Program-made: the position numbers and the translations under genes | Assembly: GCA_013265495.1 (NCBI GenBank) | Contig: MU058636.1 | Coordinates: 2,901,967 to 2,965,966 of the forward strand | Reading direction: 5' to 3' | Source: Vicugna vicugna | Taxonomy: Eukaryota | Length of the DNA stretch: 64,000 bases | Notes under the pieces: model-generated | Database searches by the model: none | Seen by the model: the letters and a program-made list of their open reading frames with translations, nothing else | What the model was told of the DNA's origin: nothing | Part shown: piece after piece, positions 38,181 to 50,744 of the stretch | How the letters are laid out: every line of letters begins with the position of its first letter | Position numbering within the stretch: position 1 is the stretch's first letter

Positions 38181-38929
38181 GGGAGGGAGAGGAAGAGCCG
38201 GGACGAAGGCAGCGTCGGTGGGGCTGGGATGGAGGAGACGGGGCCTGATGTTCTAGAAGGATCTTGCCTCTGAGAGACACGGGGTCCAGGTTCTCTCAGG
38301 GTGGACGGTCACAGCCCTGAGGCAAACCACAATTTTCCTTTCTCTTGTATTTCATACTCCTGGGGAAGTTAAAATGATTATGAAAGACTTAGGAGGGATA
38401 AAAATCTGTTTTAAAACTTTGTTTTAGCTACATGACTGTATGGATTCAGGGCAGATAAACAGAATGCGCTGTAAACCGGAGAGCAAATTTGAAAGAAGGC
38501 GGAAGGGGCCACCCCGATGGCTTCTTCACCTAGTCCCGGCCCCCGAGGAGGCTAATAACCGAATTAGCATCGCTCTCACAGATGACTCTTGGGCGTATCT
38601 AGAACTGACCAAGCAAAGCAAACAGTATCGATTTTTCTAGAAATGGAAGAAGAAACTGCTCCAGTACTGAAGAGGTCATTAGCCGCCCAGCGGAACTGGG
38701 AGGTGAGTGCTTTGTAAGACGCGCAGACGAGCAGGTAAGCTAGCACAAGACTGCTTGTAGCAGCCGTCCAGCACGGACACGCGGCTCAGCACAGGCCCTG
38801 GTGCCGTCAGCGTGCTCCTGTTTATAAGGGTAATGACCAATTCAGACGTACAAGTCCCTTGCTCTGAAAGTGCAAATCATCTGTAAAACAAATCTGACAG
38901 AAACCAGAAAGCATAGTTTTAAATAAAGT

Positions 38930-40565
38930 ATTTATAATAGCAGTAGGAAATATAAGGCAAGTTGTCTAAGAAAAAAAAAATCTAAGGATACACAGATTTT
39001 TACATAGAAAATTATAAAACATAGCGAAAGACATAATGAGAACTAATAAATGAAAAGTTATTCCATGTTGCAGATGTGACTGACTGAAAGATGCCAAATA
39101 GCTCCCAATTTATTCTGTAAGTTCAGCGCAATAGAAATCATGACTTCGCTGACTGAGTGTGTGCGTGCACATACCCGGGGGTGTGGAACTTAACAAGATA
39201 CCTCTAAAGTGCGTCCCCCAAAGCAAAAGGCCAGGAATCACCAGGGCTGTTGGAAGTTTTGCCCTCCCAGATGCCACCCTTCAGTATGATGCTGTGTTGT
39301 AGGGCAGCACGGTATAGGAGCAGGGAGACACACAGGCCAGTACAACAGACGGTGACAGACGGTATACCTGTGTAACCTGGGTCTGTGACAAGTGACACTA
39401 CACCTCAGAGGGGAAGGGTGGACTGTTCAATAAATGGCCATGGGACAACTGATTGTCATTGTCAGTATGAGAAACTGGACTCCAATGTGGGAAGCAAGAC
39501 TTTTAAAACTTTTAGAAGTGTAGTAGGAGAGCTTTATAACATTGAGGGAGAGAAAAAAGTCCAAGCTATCCACACAAAACAAAAGGGAAACAGACTCATT
39601 CAATTACACTAAAATTTAAAAACGTGAGTACAGCAGAAGGTGCCATGAACAACATGAAAAAGCCAACCAGAGCCTGGGGGAGGCGGGTGTGGAGTTTGTA
39701 AATATAGGTAACTAATAAAGTAGCAGTGCCCAGAATATTTTACTAACTGCATATCAATGTGAGTCAACCAACCCCACTGGTAAGCGGGCAATGGATATCA
39801 ACTGACAATTCACAAAAGAGGAAACCTGCATAGTAGCCAATACATATACAATGGCATGTTCTACTTCACCAGCCACTGAAGAAATGAATGCGAAAATGAG
39901 ATACCTTCCCACTCTCATCAAACTGGCAAATATTTTAAAATGTGGCAATGTCAAGTGTTGAAGGGGAGAAACAGGAACTCTTAGACATTCCTGGTAGGAG
40001 TGCAAACGGGTACATGCTTTTAGTGAACAATCTGCTGGCGTCTAGTGAAGAGGAAGCTTCCTGGAGATGTTCCCTAGAGAAACCCAAGCATGTGCACAAG
40101 GAGACCCACGATACCCTCTCACTTAAGCACTGTTTAACCTGGAAAACCATCATTAGCTGACTAGACAGATACATAATGGTACATGCCCCCAAAGAAGTAC
40201 TGTATCATAGCCCAAAATGAATTAACTAGATCCTTGTGTATTTCCATAGATAAATCTCAAAAAACGTAACATTGAGCCAGAAAATCAAGTTGTAGTAAAA
40301 TACGTGTAGTAACATCACAGGCAAAACAATACTGCTTATGTGTACAAACGTATGCATAAAAATCATAAAAACAGACACGAGAATGGTAAGCATCAAACTC
40401 AGAAGAGTAGGTCCAGGAGGGAGGGCAGGGAATGGAATGGGGGAGGGCGGGAATACCGAGGGGGCTGTCCCTGTAATGTTTCATTCATACTTTACACTCA
40501 TTGTTTTATTTTATATTTTCTATTTACACTTTTTCGAATGCTTGAAAAGTTTTATTGAAAATATC
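38930..40565 (+). mobile_element. L1ME-like ORF2/3' UTR fragments
   Basis: gaaaattataaaaca; gactgttcaataaatgg; gacaattcacaaaagagg; gaaacaggaactct...ctggtaggagtgcaaa. Confidence 0.75.
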
Positions 40566-40858
40566 AAACCCTTCACCACAGCAATAAAGCCAGCTACAAC
40601 CTTGCCTGATCTGAGGCTGTCTTTGCCAGCCTCTCCATCTGTCGCTCCCATGTACTGTCGGGCTCTAGGTGTACCAGAGTTTTGGGTCTTTTCCTGAATG
40701 CGTTTCTTTTCACAGCCCCACGCCTTTACTTACGCTGTTCCCTCCCCCTCGACCCCACCTGGAAAACCATTCATCCTTCCAGGCTCATTTCACGTAGCAT
40801 CTCTGGTGTTCAACAAGGTACGCTTCTCAAACTCTAATGTGCCTACAAGTCATCGTTA

Positions 40859-41330
40859 TGAGGCGAGAAGCCCCATGAAAAGACCGGCAGGACCCCCAGG
40901 CAGGGCCACTACTCTCCTGCCAGCACCATCCGGTTCCCTGGCCCAGCGGCTCTATCTCACTTTCTGTCTCTGAAACGGCTAACTTCTAGGAAAGTGGGCT
41001 CACTCCTGCGTAGTCCATTTCCCTCACTCCTGATTGGTTATTTCTCTCCCCGCTGATTGGTCCATTTCTACAAAGCCTGTTCCTAATTAGTCAACTTCTG
41101 TGATACTTTATTTGCATATGATGTTGCAAAGTGTAAACTGGCAGCCTATAAAAGCCCGTGTAAACCTACAGACGGGGTCCAGAGCTTGGAGTGTTAACTC
41201 CTCTGGGCCCACTGGCGTAATAAACCTGAGTTCTCCAACTCTCCGAGTGCTGCTTGGTCTCTTGCCCGGATCCACGTTGCTGTCACAACTGAGCTGTAAC
41301 ACCGAGCTGTAACACATTTTTTCTGCAACA
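40859..41330 (+). mobile_element. Relatively young ERV solo LTR (~470 bp) inserted into a MER5-like element
   Basis: TG...CA termini; ATTGG at 41033 and 41056, octamer 41110, TATAAAA 41147, AATAAA 41219; flanks continue a MER5-like sequence (ttctcaaact...|...gatcttgttagaatgcag). Confidence 0.8.
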
Positions 41331-42104
41331 TTTCGATCTTGTTAGAATGCAGGCTCTGATTATGCAGGTCTAGGTGAGGACCCCATGAGGATTACACTGA
41401 GTACCAGGAACCTACCTTCTTCCTGCAAAATGAGGTGTTCCCCACTGTGGACTCCCAGAGCCTCCTCCACATTGCCTTGTAATATTTATTGCATAGTTCT
41501 GGGTCTGGTTTTTTTTTTTTAATACATATCCATCTTTTTAATGAAACTCTTAAGGGCAGTAATCCTGACCTGGACCTCACTGTACTGCCAGCACTTAGCA
41601 TTTATTTGCTGACTATTTGAAATATTTCAAAGTTGAAAGTACAATTGTCTTTTGCACCTCAGGTGAAACCTTATTAAATCTGTCCAAACGCATCTGTTTA
41701 AATTATGTTTTATATCCCAGGCCGGTCGCAACAGGTAGATAGGACAGTAAATATGTATGGCGTGCAGATCAGGGCTGAAGAAGGTCCTAATTACAGTGCT
41801 CACTGAGAGGGGAGCTGGAAACCCTTAAGATGTTCAAATCCCTTAGGGCAGAGCAAGCTTTGGAGATGTAGGGGATTTAGTGACTTAGTCACAGGGCATG
41901 GATTTTGCTCTGAGCGTTAAGATGGCTTATAGGAGCTTTGCAGACCTGTTTTAAGAACACAGGCCCTCTGAGAGCGAAAAGAGTGATGATTAACTCTAAC
42001 GGCCTGGCCGTGTCCTGCCCGTGGGCCGGGCACCTGCCCTGCCCGGTTCCAGTGCTCCTGGGCGGCTGCCTGACCGGAAGCAACTTCCTTCACCTTTCAG
42101 GGCC

Positions 42105-42224
42105 CGGGGCTGCGAGATTTAACAAAGAGAACATTGCCTGGGATGTGTGTTTGCAACACAAGTATTCCTTGTTTATCTGAAATTCAAATATAATTGGTGC
42201 GTCCATATTTTATCTGGCAGCCTT
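42105..42224. mobile_element. MER53-like hAT element nested in a MIR (~42060-42380)
   Basis: ttgtttatctgaaattcaaat.taa.tgg..gtcc.tattttatctggcagcct; MIR core tttcttcatgtctaaaatgagg follows. Confidence 0.7.
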
Positions 42225-42584
42225 ATCTGGGCCTCGTTTTCTTCATGTCTAAAATGAGGATGGGAACCTTACGATGCATGTAAGTTTGTGAGGATGAAAT
42301 GATTCGTTCTGTGGGAAGTGCTCAGAGTGGAGCCCGGCTCGGAGTACGCGCCCACTGAAGTGTCTTTATTATTACTCCCTCGTGTCATTGTTGTCAGTGT
42401 CACTGCCTGAACCATTACCATCAGTGCTAACTGGTCACCCTGGCTCCAGGTCCTTCCCCCACATTCCTTCTGCGTGATGGCCAGGAGAATCCCTCAAAAC
42501 CAGAAATCTGATCGTGCGTGTTAAATTCCAAGGCACATCTTCAAATGACTCCCAAACCCACACTCCTCTGTCTGGGGTGACCTT

Positions 42585-43027
42585 TGTGAAAGGAAAATCA
42601 AAATGGGGTCGGTCTTGCCAAGAGAACTCTCTAAAATGAGGCCGCTGAGGGAGGGTGGCTTATACCATCTCAGCCTGGGTGGAATGTGAACCTTTGACCA
42701 CTTATGGTCCTATGGAAGACATCCAGAACATCTGCCAGAAACTGCAGACACTTATCGGACCCTTCCCCTACTCGTGATAGCCTGTCTGCTGGCCGGACCC
42801 ACCCCCCGCAAACAGCTGCTACCCTTAAGGGACCGCCTATCCCTTAAGAACAAGTATTTATTTCTTGTGTCAGAAATTTCTTGTGGCTTTTGCCTTTATA
42901 AGCCCTTGACTCTTTCTTTTCCCCAAATGCTCTTTCAGTTTTACCCAAATCTGTGTGTCCAGAATTGCAATTCTAAAAACCCCCAAATAAAGCTCTTCGA
43001 AGTCTTGATACTGGTTATTGCTCAACA
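42585..43027 (+). mobile_element. ERV1-class solo LTR nested in an L2 fragment
   Basis: Starts TGTGAAAGGAAAAT, TATAAG ~42897, AATAAA ~42986, ends ...TCAACA. Confidence 0.7.
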
Positions 43028-43479
43028 CGGACGAGACATGCGCCCCCGCCACCCTTCCGGTCTCTGTTACCACCAGCCCTGCCCTCTGTGACCCCAAGCC
43101 AGGCCCTCCGGACCTCGTTCCGTCCCCTGCGTGCTTCCTCGGCTGCTCCGCCTACCTGGACCCCTTTCTCCCCGCGGCCCCCGATGAGCAGCCAGCCTCT
43201 TATCCCCGGGAGCTCTGCCTAAGCCCACCTTCTCTGGAAACTTCTCTGAGCCACTAATGGGAGCCTCGCCCCGTCCTCACCCGCCCCCATATTTGGGTTC
43301 TCATTCCTTTATCTACGACTGTCATACTATAATTATTTCCATTTTTATGTTATATTTTCTCCAACAGTAAAATATCTGTGTGTAAATTTATTTTAATCCA
43401 CAACCTGGAGCTTTTATTTGAAGCATTTTAATCAGGAACTCACTCATCAAGGGTGGTTATCAAACATTTTTTAAAAACC

Positions 43480-43615
43480 TGATAGTATAATGGGAAACAC
43501 TGTGGAAATGTGTGTGTGTGTGTGTGTGTATAACTGAATCTCTTTGCTGTACACCTGAAACTAACATTGTAAATCAACTACACTTTAATAAAAAATTAAA
43601 TTATTTTAAAAAACC
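43480..43615 (+). mobile_element. Short camelid-type L1 3' terminus with (TG)n
   Basis: gtataactgaatctctttgctgtacacctgaaactaacattgtaaatcaactacac..aataaa; TTTT/AAAAACC on both sides. Confidence 0.85.
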
Positions 43616-44569
43616 ACCCTGGCCACAGAGTTCACAGCCCAGAGGGGCTGCAGCAGATGTCCTTGCGCAATCTGCACCAGAGGACTTGCTCTCTGGTTAG
43701 TGGATGTGGAAACAGTTTTTCATTTCTAGAATGGGTGGTGTTCAAAAACACACGGTGGACCAGAAGGACAGTGCAGACACTGCCTTCCTCTTGAGGGCAG
43801 AAGACAGGGAGCCCGCGGTCCAAACCCCGCTGGGCCCTGGGTCTCCCATTCCTTCCACAGGAGGCTTTCGCCATCTGATTTGATTGAGTTGGTTTATGGT
43901 CAGGATACAGTTGCATCTGCCTCTAGTGAAACTTTCACGCAAGGTGTTTGCTGGAGAGCCTGAACGAACAGAGAGCAGGGACTTCACTAAAATTACAGAA
44001 CAGCTGGAGAGATTGGTTGGTTTGTTATCTGCTTGAGAATAACAGTTGGTTCATGTTTCAGAATGTGGCCTAAGACTTGCTCCCGTTGCAGTACCACCTG
44101 GTGGGGGGGGGGGCGGGAGGCACCTGTATCCTTCCCTGCACCCGAATCAGTGACAGCCACCGTCATCCACCAGAAGAGCCTTGACGAAGCTGGTTTAGAT
44201 CCATTTGCAATTCCTTGTCTCTCCAACGAAAGGTGAGCTTCGGGGTAGGGACCTATATTAACCACCTTTGTGACTCCAGCCCCTCCCACGGCAGCTGGCA
44301 CCCCAGTGGGTGCCGGAAGGAGCAGAAAAAGGACAAGACCTTTCACAATGATCCAGCTTTAAAACACTGGGGACAGACTCAGACACCTGATTCACAAATA
44401 GGATCAGGATGAAAACACGTAGGAAAACAGAGTACATGAGAAAGCACCCTTTGATAGCTATTCCTTGAAATGTATTCTGCAAGAAAGAGCTTTCCCTCTT
44501 GAGGATTCATCATACATTTCATCCCATTAGCATTAAAGGCATTGAGAAATCCTTGAAAAAAAAATCCAT

Positions 44570-44945
44570 CTCAGGCACTTCACCCCTCGGTATTCTTCCT
44601 CAAAACCCATCACCTCCAGCTACTCATGAGAAAACTTCAGACAAACCCAAAGGAAGGAACATTCTACAAAATATCTGGAAAGCACTCTTCAGAACTGTCA
44701 AGGTCACGATAAACAAGGAAAGACTGAGAAACTGTCACAGATTGGAGGGGTCATGATGACTAAGTGCCACGTGGCACCCTGCACAGGCTTCTGGAGCAGA
44801 AAAAGGACATGAGTGGAAAAACTGATGAGCTCTGAGTCTGCCTCGAGCTCAGTCGGCGGTCCTGTACCAATGCTAATTCCTTCGTTTTGACAAACATACC
44901 ACAATAATGAAATGTTGTAACACGTATCCTTCCTAAGGCTAAGTA
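44570..44945 (+). mobile_element. L1MC/L1MD-type 3' UTR
   Basis: cagacaaacccaaa.gaaggaacattctacaaaata...aaggaaagactgagaaactgtcacag. Confidence 0.8.
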
Positions 44946-44959
44946 ATAGGACCTTGTGT

Positions 44960-45440
44960 GTATGTACCACATGCTGTTTGCTCAGCCGCCAGCAATGCCC
45001 TTCTGAGTTTCTGCCTTTGGGCTGTTGTGAATAATGCTGCTGTGAACACTGGGGCACAAGTATCTGCTCAAGTTCCTGCTGTCAGTTCTTCAGGGTGTAT
45101 AACTAGAAGGGGGATTGTTGGATCATGTCATAACTTCGTGTTTGATTTTGGGGGGAACTGCTATGTCACCTTTCCAATGGTTGGACCATTTTACATTTCC
45201 ACCAGCAATAAGCAAGAGTTTCAGTTTCTCCACATCCTTGCCAATATTTATTTTCTGGGTTTTTTGGGAGGGGGCAGTACTGGGGGGGGGAGTAGGGTGG
45301 ATAGTAGTTACTGTAATTAGTATGAAGTGGTATCTCATTGTGACTTTGATCTGCATTTGCCTAATGACTATGTTGTCGGCCATCTCTCCATGTTCTTATG
45401 GGCCATTTGTATATTTTTGGAGAAATGCCTATTCAGGTCG
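44960..45440 (-). mobile_element. L1M ORF2 C-terminal fragment (antisense)
   Basis: Minus ORF IRQMQIKVTMRYH...IGKDVEKLKLLLIAGGNVKW; gtggtatctcattgtg. Confidence 0.85.
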
Positions 45441-45679
45441 CCTCTTGACCACCTCTTTCTTGAAACTCTTGTCTGCCTGTACTTTCAACACCCTGCTTTC
45501 CTTTGGTTCTCCCTCCATCCCTCTGATCAGTCCTTCTAAACTCTTCTGCCGCCGCCTCCATTCCTCTCACCCGTAGTGGTAGAGATGCCTAGAGTTAGGT
45601 CCCTGACCTTCCCTGTACTAATTATGCTCATGCCACCCCCTCAGGGACTCTCATGGCTGATATGAGAGTTGAGGAACTG

Positions 45680-48010
45680 ACTTCCAATGAAGAAATCAAG
45701 TATTTCATTAATATGTTATTAATTAATTAATTAAAACAAAGCAGTATGGTTAAAAAGCCAATAAAAGGGGAAAAACGAATACTGAGAAATACTCAGATAA
45801 TCAAATGAAATCAGGAGAGACAAAAAAAAGAGAGAGAAATGATATCAGATGGGACTAACAGAAAAAAATAGGAAGATTAGACTTGAACACAAAGATCTCA
45901 ATAATTACCTTAAATTTAAATGGACTAAATACTTCAACTGAAGGTGAATGTCAGACTGGATAAAAAAGCAAGATCAAATTTTATTCTATTTATAAGAGGC
46001 ATATTTTAAATATAAAGATATATAGGTTAAAAGTAAAATTATGGGGAAATATATACCACATAAACACCAAGCTTGAGTGTCTATATTAATATGAGATGAA
46101 ATAGACCTTAAAACAAAGAATTTTATAAGAGATAAAGAGGGACATGTCAAAATGATAAATGGGACATTTCATCAAGAAGATGTAATAATCTTCAATGTGT
46201 GTGAATCTAGAACTGCAAAATTTATGAAGAAAAATCTGACCAAGAAATAGACAAAAGGAGAAGCAGATAAACCCACAGTTATAGCCACAGGTCTTAACAC
46301 TCCTCTCTCAGCAATGAATTTAACAATTATACAGAAAAATCAATAGAGAAGATCTGAATAACACTATCAAACAACTGCATTGAAATCTATTCAGCCTTCC
46401 ACCCCAAAACTCCAGAGTACACATTCTTTCAAAGTGCACATGGAACACTCACATATGTTAACCAGAAATGACAAGATTATATGATGTTAACCAGAAATGG
46501 ACAAGTTGATCCTAAAACCATATGGAAATGCAGGGAACCCAGACTAGCCGAAGCAATCTTGGAAAGGAAGACCAAATTCAAAGAACTCACATTTATCATT
46601 TTGAAAATGTATTGTGAAGCCACAGTAATCAATACAGCATGAATTAGCATAAGGATGGACATATAGATCAATTCAAAAGAATGGTGCACTCAGAAATAAA
46701 CCCACACATATCTAGCCAACTGATTACTGACCAGAGTGCCAAGACCATTCTATGGGGGACAGAATAATTCTTTCAACAAATAGCACTGGAACAACTGGTT
46801 ATCTACCCCCACCTCACGGCGTATACAGAAATTAACTCAAAGTGGTCGGGAAAGAAGTAGAAATTTCTTTATTCATGGTTGACATGATTGCACATATGGA
46901 AAATCCCAAAGAATCTACCAAGAAAAAAAAGTGCTAGGAATAATAAGCAAATTTAGTAAGGTCACAAGATAAAAAGTCCATATACAAAAATTTGAAGTGT
47001 TTTTATATATTAGCAATAAACAGTTGGAAGATAAAATTAATCCAGCAACACAATTGAGCCAAGTAGTAGAAAATATAGAGAGATTAAATATAAAAATTAT
47101 GTCCAAGACCTTTTCATTAAAAACACTTAAATTTCTGAGAGAAAATAAGATTCAAATTAAATAAAGCTGCTCCAGGTCCACAGACTGGAAGGTAATATTG
47201 TGCTCATGTCATTTCTCTCCAGGTTGGTCTACAGACTCAGGGCAATCCCATTCAAATCCAGGAACACTTTATGGCAGAAATTTGCACACTGATTCTAAAA
47301 TTTGTAAAGAAGTCCAGAGAATTTGGGATAGCCAGATAATTTTGAACAAGATTCATAAGTGACTGTAAATTAGCTAGAAACCATAAAGTAGTAACAATTC
47401 TGAACAAAGTGTGAAGAGTTCCTCTGAGGGCACATTAATCAAGGAAGTATGGTATTGGCATAAGGCTGTTCATCAGCTGGATGAACAGACCCACAATTCT
47501 ATGATCAACTTGTAGTCACTGTAGTTGCCAAAGCAATTCCACAGCGGAAGGAAAACTTCTCTCACAGACGGTCCTGGAACAACTGGATGTCCATAGAGGA
47601 AAAAAAAATTCTCGACTGTACTTCACACCATGCCCCAAAACTAATTATGAGTTATACACTTAAACGTAAAAGCCAAAACTATAAAGCTTTTAGGAGAATA
47701 TCTTTGAAAGCTTAGAATAGGCCAAAGTTACTAAAGTTGCTAAGATGAGGCACATCTTTCTTTCAGAATAACCAACGCTTTCTTTCAGAAAGGACTGATA
47801 AACCAGACTTGATAAAATTAAAATGTTCTTCCCATCAAAAACACTATTGAGACAATTAATAGGTAAGCCACAGATTGCGGGAAAACTGTAGTAGATAGAC
47901 GGTAGGTAGGTAGAAGTACCTCTGGGTAGAACCCTGACAAAAGATTAATATTTAGAACACATCGAGGACTCATGGCACTCAGTAATGAAAAGCTCTATAA
48001 CCCAGGAATT
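45680..48010 (+). mobile_element. Rearranged L1M ORF2 fragments
   Basis: EN region (taaatggactaaat...gtcagactggataaaaaagcaaga), C-terminal region (cagaaataaacccacaca), RT region (ttgacatgattgca..tatggaaaatccc). Confidence 0.85.
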
Positions 48011-48959
48011 GAATAAGCGAATCAGGATCCTGGTTAAGATCCTGAGTGCAGAGTTCATCTCATACTGTCTCGGGAGGCAAAGAAATGAAAGCTGCACTAC
48101 ACTCTGAGAGAATCTGCTCCGCTGTCAACCAGGCTCTCCAAGGCTTTCAAAAGAAAGTAGCCACGTGCACGCCAAGGACAGCATCACTGGGCCAGTGCTC
48201 TTTGGTGCGTTCTGTACAGAGGGGCCACAAAGACCTTGGGAAAGATTAACGAGAAAACCCTCACAATTTCCCTAGGAAGCAGGTGAGGGAGTGAACAGAT
48301 CAGCCTAGTCCCATAAAGACGGGAAACCGGGGAAGGTCTGCTCCCGAGGGGCAGGGACCTTGACTCCTGGCAGGCAGGCGGGTGCGCGCTGTCAGCCCGG
48401 CTGGGAGCAGCTCTGCAAGAGCTCGCCTGTCCCACCCTTTCTCAGTGACTCACCCGCCCACTCACTCAGCACTTGCTCAGTCACGCCTCCCTCTCCTCTC
48501 TGTGGAAGTCAGAGCTTGTAGCTCGGCTGTGGGCTCTCCCTCCTAGGAGCCTCCAGTGACTCATATCCTGCTCCTGGGTCTGCTCCAGGACCCCAGGGGC
48601 TCCACGCTTTGCCCTCTGCTCCCGGCCTCTCTTGGGCTTCCAGGGTTCCCCCAAAACTCTCCTGGGGGCGTCCCTCCCTACCCTGCCCATCCGGGCCCTG
48701 GGCAGCTCTTGATGTTGCTAGAGTAGCAGTCGTGACCCTGCTAAACCTCGGTGTGAACTCCCTGTGCTTACAGAATCATCCTCATCCCGGCCTTGGAGCC
48801 CCCGCATCTGCTGGTACCCTCACCTGCAATGCCGTTCTGCCCTTCCGTCCCCCAGCAGCACCGCCATTCACAACCACCTTTCCCCTCTACCTTCCCGAGG
48901 TCCTCCCTGAACCCTCTCTCCTCCCAACTCGGCATCCTCTGCACTCAGGAACTCTACAG

Positions 48960-49400
48960 TTTGCACCACTTAATAGGACGCATCACAGCTTTGTCCTCCT
49001 GGGAGAAGACAGACAAGAAGCTTATAAACACAGAAATGAGACAACTCCACATACACGTAAGCATTATGAAGAAACTACAACAGGCTATCTGACTTGGGAA
49101 TGGAGCGTGAGGACACTTAGGTGGCATACCCTCTGAGGAGCTGGCGTCTGAGTGGAGACCTGTGCGACGAAAGGGAGCCAGCCTTGCAGAGATCCCAGGG
49201 AGAAGGCACGGCAAGTTCAAAGGCCCTGAGGTGGGAATACTTGGGGCATTTGAGAGAAAGAAAGAAAAGCAGGGTGATGGGTGTGGTGAGTGCGGGGTGA
49301 GGGGGGCTGAGTGAGGGTGTGAGTCGGGGGTGACTGGGGGGGTGAGCAGGACCAGTCGGTTCTCACAGGATTGCGGGAGGTGAGGAGAGGCAGGCTTCAG
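48960..49400. mobile_element. L2 LINE 3' fragment
   Basis: ctctgaggagctggc.tctgag.ggagacctg...gggagccagcc...caagttcaaaggccctgaggtggga. Confidence 0.75.
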
Positions 49401-50744
49401 CCGTTATAACCGCTTCCCGTTCACAGAGGAGAGACAGGAGCCAGGGCCGTGCGTGCCGGGCCCCGACTCCTGAAGCCTCCAGGACCATCCCTGAGCGGCG
49501 TCCGGTCTTTCACAGCTTCTGGAGTGAAGCTGTATTTGCCAGGCCTTCTATCCGACGTTCCACGGGCCGCCTGTGGGGAAGAAGTGAGTTCCCTGTTCAG
49601 GGGACAGGACCAAGGAGCTGCAGGTGGAGAAGGCAGCAGACGGCACCTTTCCCGGTAGCCAGGAGGGTGGTTAGGAGACAAGGCAGAGGGCTGCCTGATA
49701 GCTTCCTTCCTCCCGGCTCCGTAGAGCTAGAAAAACCAGCCTGCGTTTTACATAAATCAGATAATCAGGAGAAAGTCTCAGTGGTTCTGACTGATAGAAA
49801 AAAATACATTTGTAACGACAAATCAGCTAGAAAGTGGAAAGATTCGTCGGGTGGAAGCGACTGGTTCACGATTCTGTTTCCATCCCATTAGCCCTGCGCT
49901 TTGAGGGGTCAGATAAAGGGGTGTGACCGGCGAATTTCCTTCCGCTTTGTAATCAGAGCCAGAACAACAAGGACGTTGGAGCACACGCTGTGAGCCTGGT
50001 GCACAGCGTTAAGCCGTTTACCCGGAGCATTTCCAATCTTCATAACCACCCATCTTCCAGATGAAACCTGGAGAGGGTGAGGAATCTGCCCACGATCTTC
50101 CGCTCGGTCAGCGGGAGGCCTGGCACTCGGGCCCAGTCTGACCCTGGACTCCGAGGTCGTGACCGCGGCCCTTCCGTGTCGGCTCCGGGCCCCGGCGCGC
50201 GCGGAGATCCTCCCTGGGCCTGTCCTAGCAGGAGCCACCACCCCCGGGGAGCTGGCTGCCCCTGTCAGGGCCGGGCGCCAAAGCAGGAGGCAGACCTCAG
50301 ATTGGCAGAGTCAGGCCAGTCCCGGCCTACGTTCCCCCTGGGGGAAAAGGTGAGAAAATTGTGGGTTTATGAACGCGTTTACCCTGGCCTCTTGTTGACT
50401 CCACACCCAAGCACACTCAACATTCTCTAGAAGCTTCTTTCCAGGTGGAGGCTGAGAGACGAACGGCAGGAGGAGAAATTCCCACACCGTTAAGTCAGTC
50501 TCGTCCCTTAGGGGCTGTGATCCTAAAGGCTGAGCATTCAGTCCCAGGGGAGGCTCTGGGCCAGCCAGGCCCCCACACGTGCCTTTTTTAGATGCAAAGT
50601 CAGAACAGAGCTGGCCAGCAACATCGTTAGAAATGAGAGCAAGATGTGATGACCGTGAGGCACCCTTGGCGAAGGCAGTTTGCCCCTGACACCCCCGCGG
50701 GCCGGCTCTCCTCCGAGTGCGGCCCCCCGCAGGCACCCGAAAGA

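Noticed and set aside
4120..45576. ORFs with protein-like motifs (4120..4356, 15454..15762, 17878..18060, 45123..45383)
   Set aside because: Decayed L1 ORF1/ORF2 remnants, not host genes; no intact L1 is present
12985..46180. Extra TGATG(A/C)AA sites (~12985, 17925, ~19499, 25373, ~46167)
   Set aside because: Mostly inside old L1 fragments, and the number is near chance expectation for 64 kb
50060..50071. GATGAAACCTGG identical to the exon-1 AARE context
   Set aside because: Lacks the first T of TGATG and falls within a MIR-like core, so probably chance
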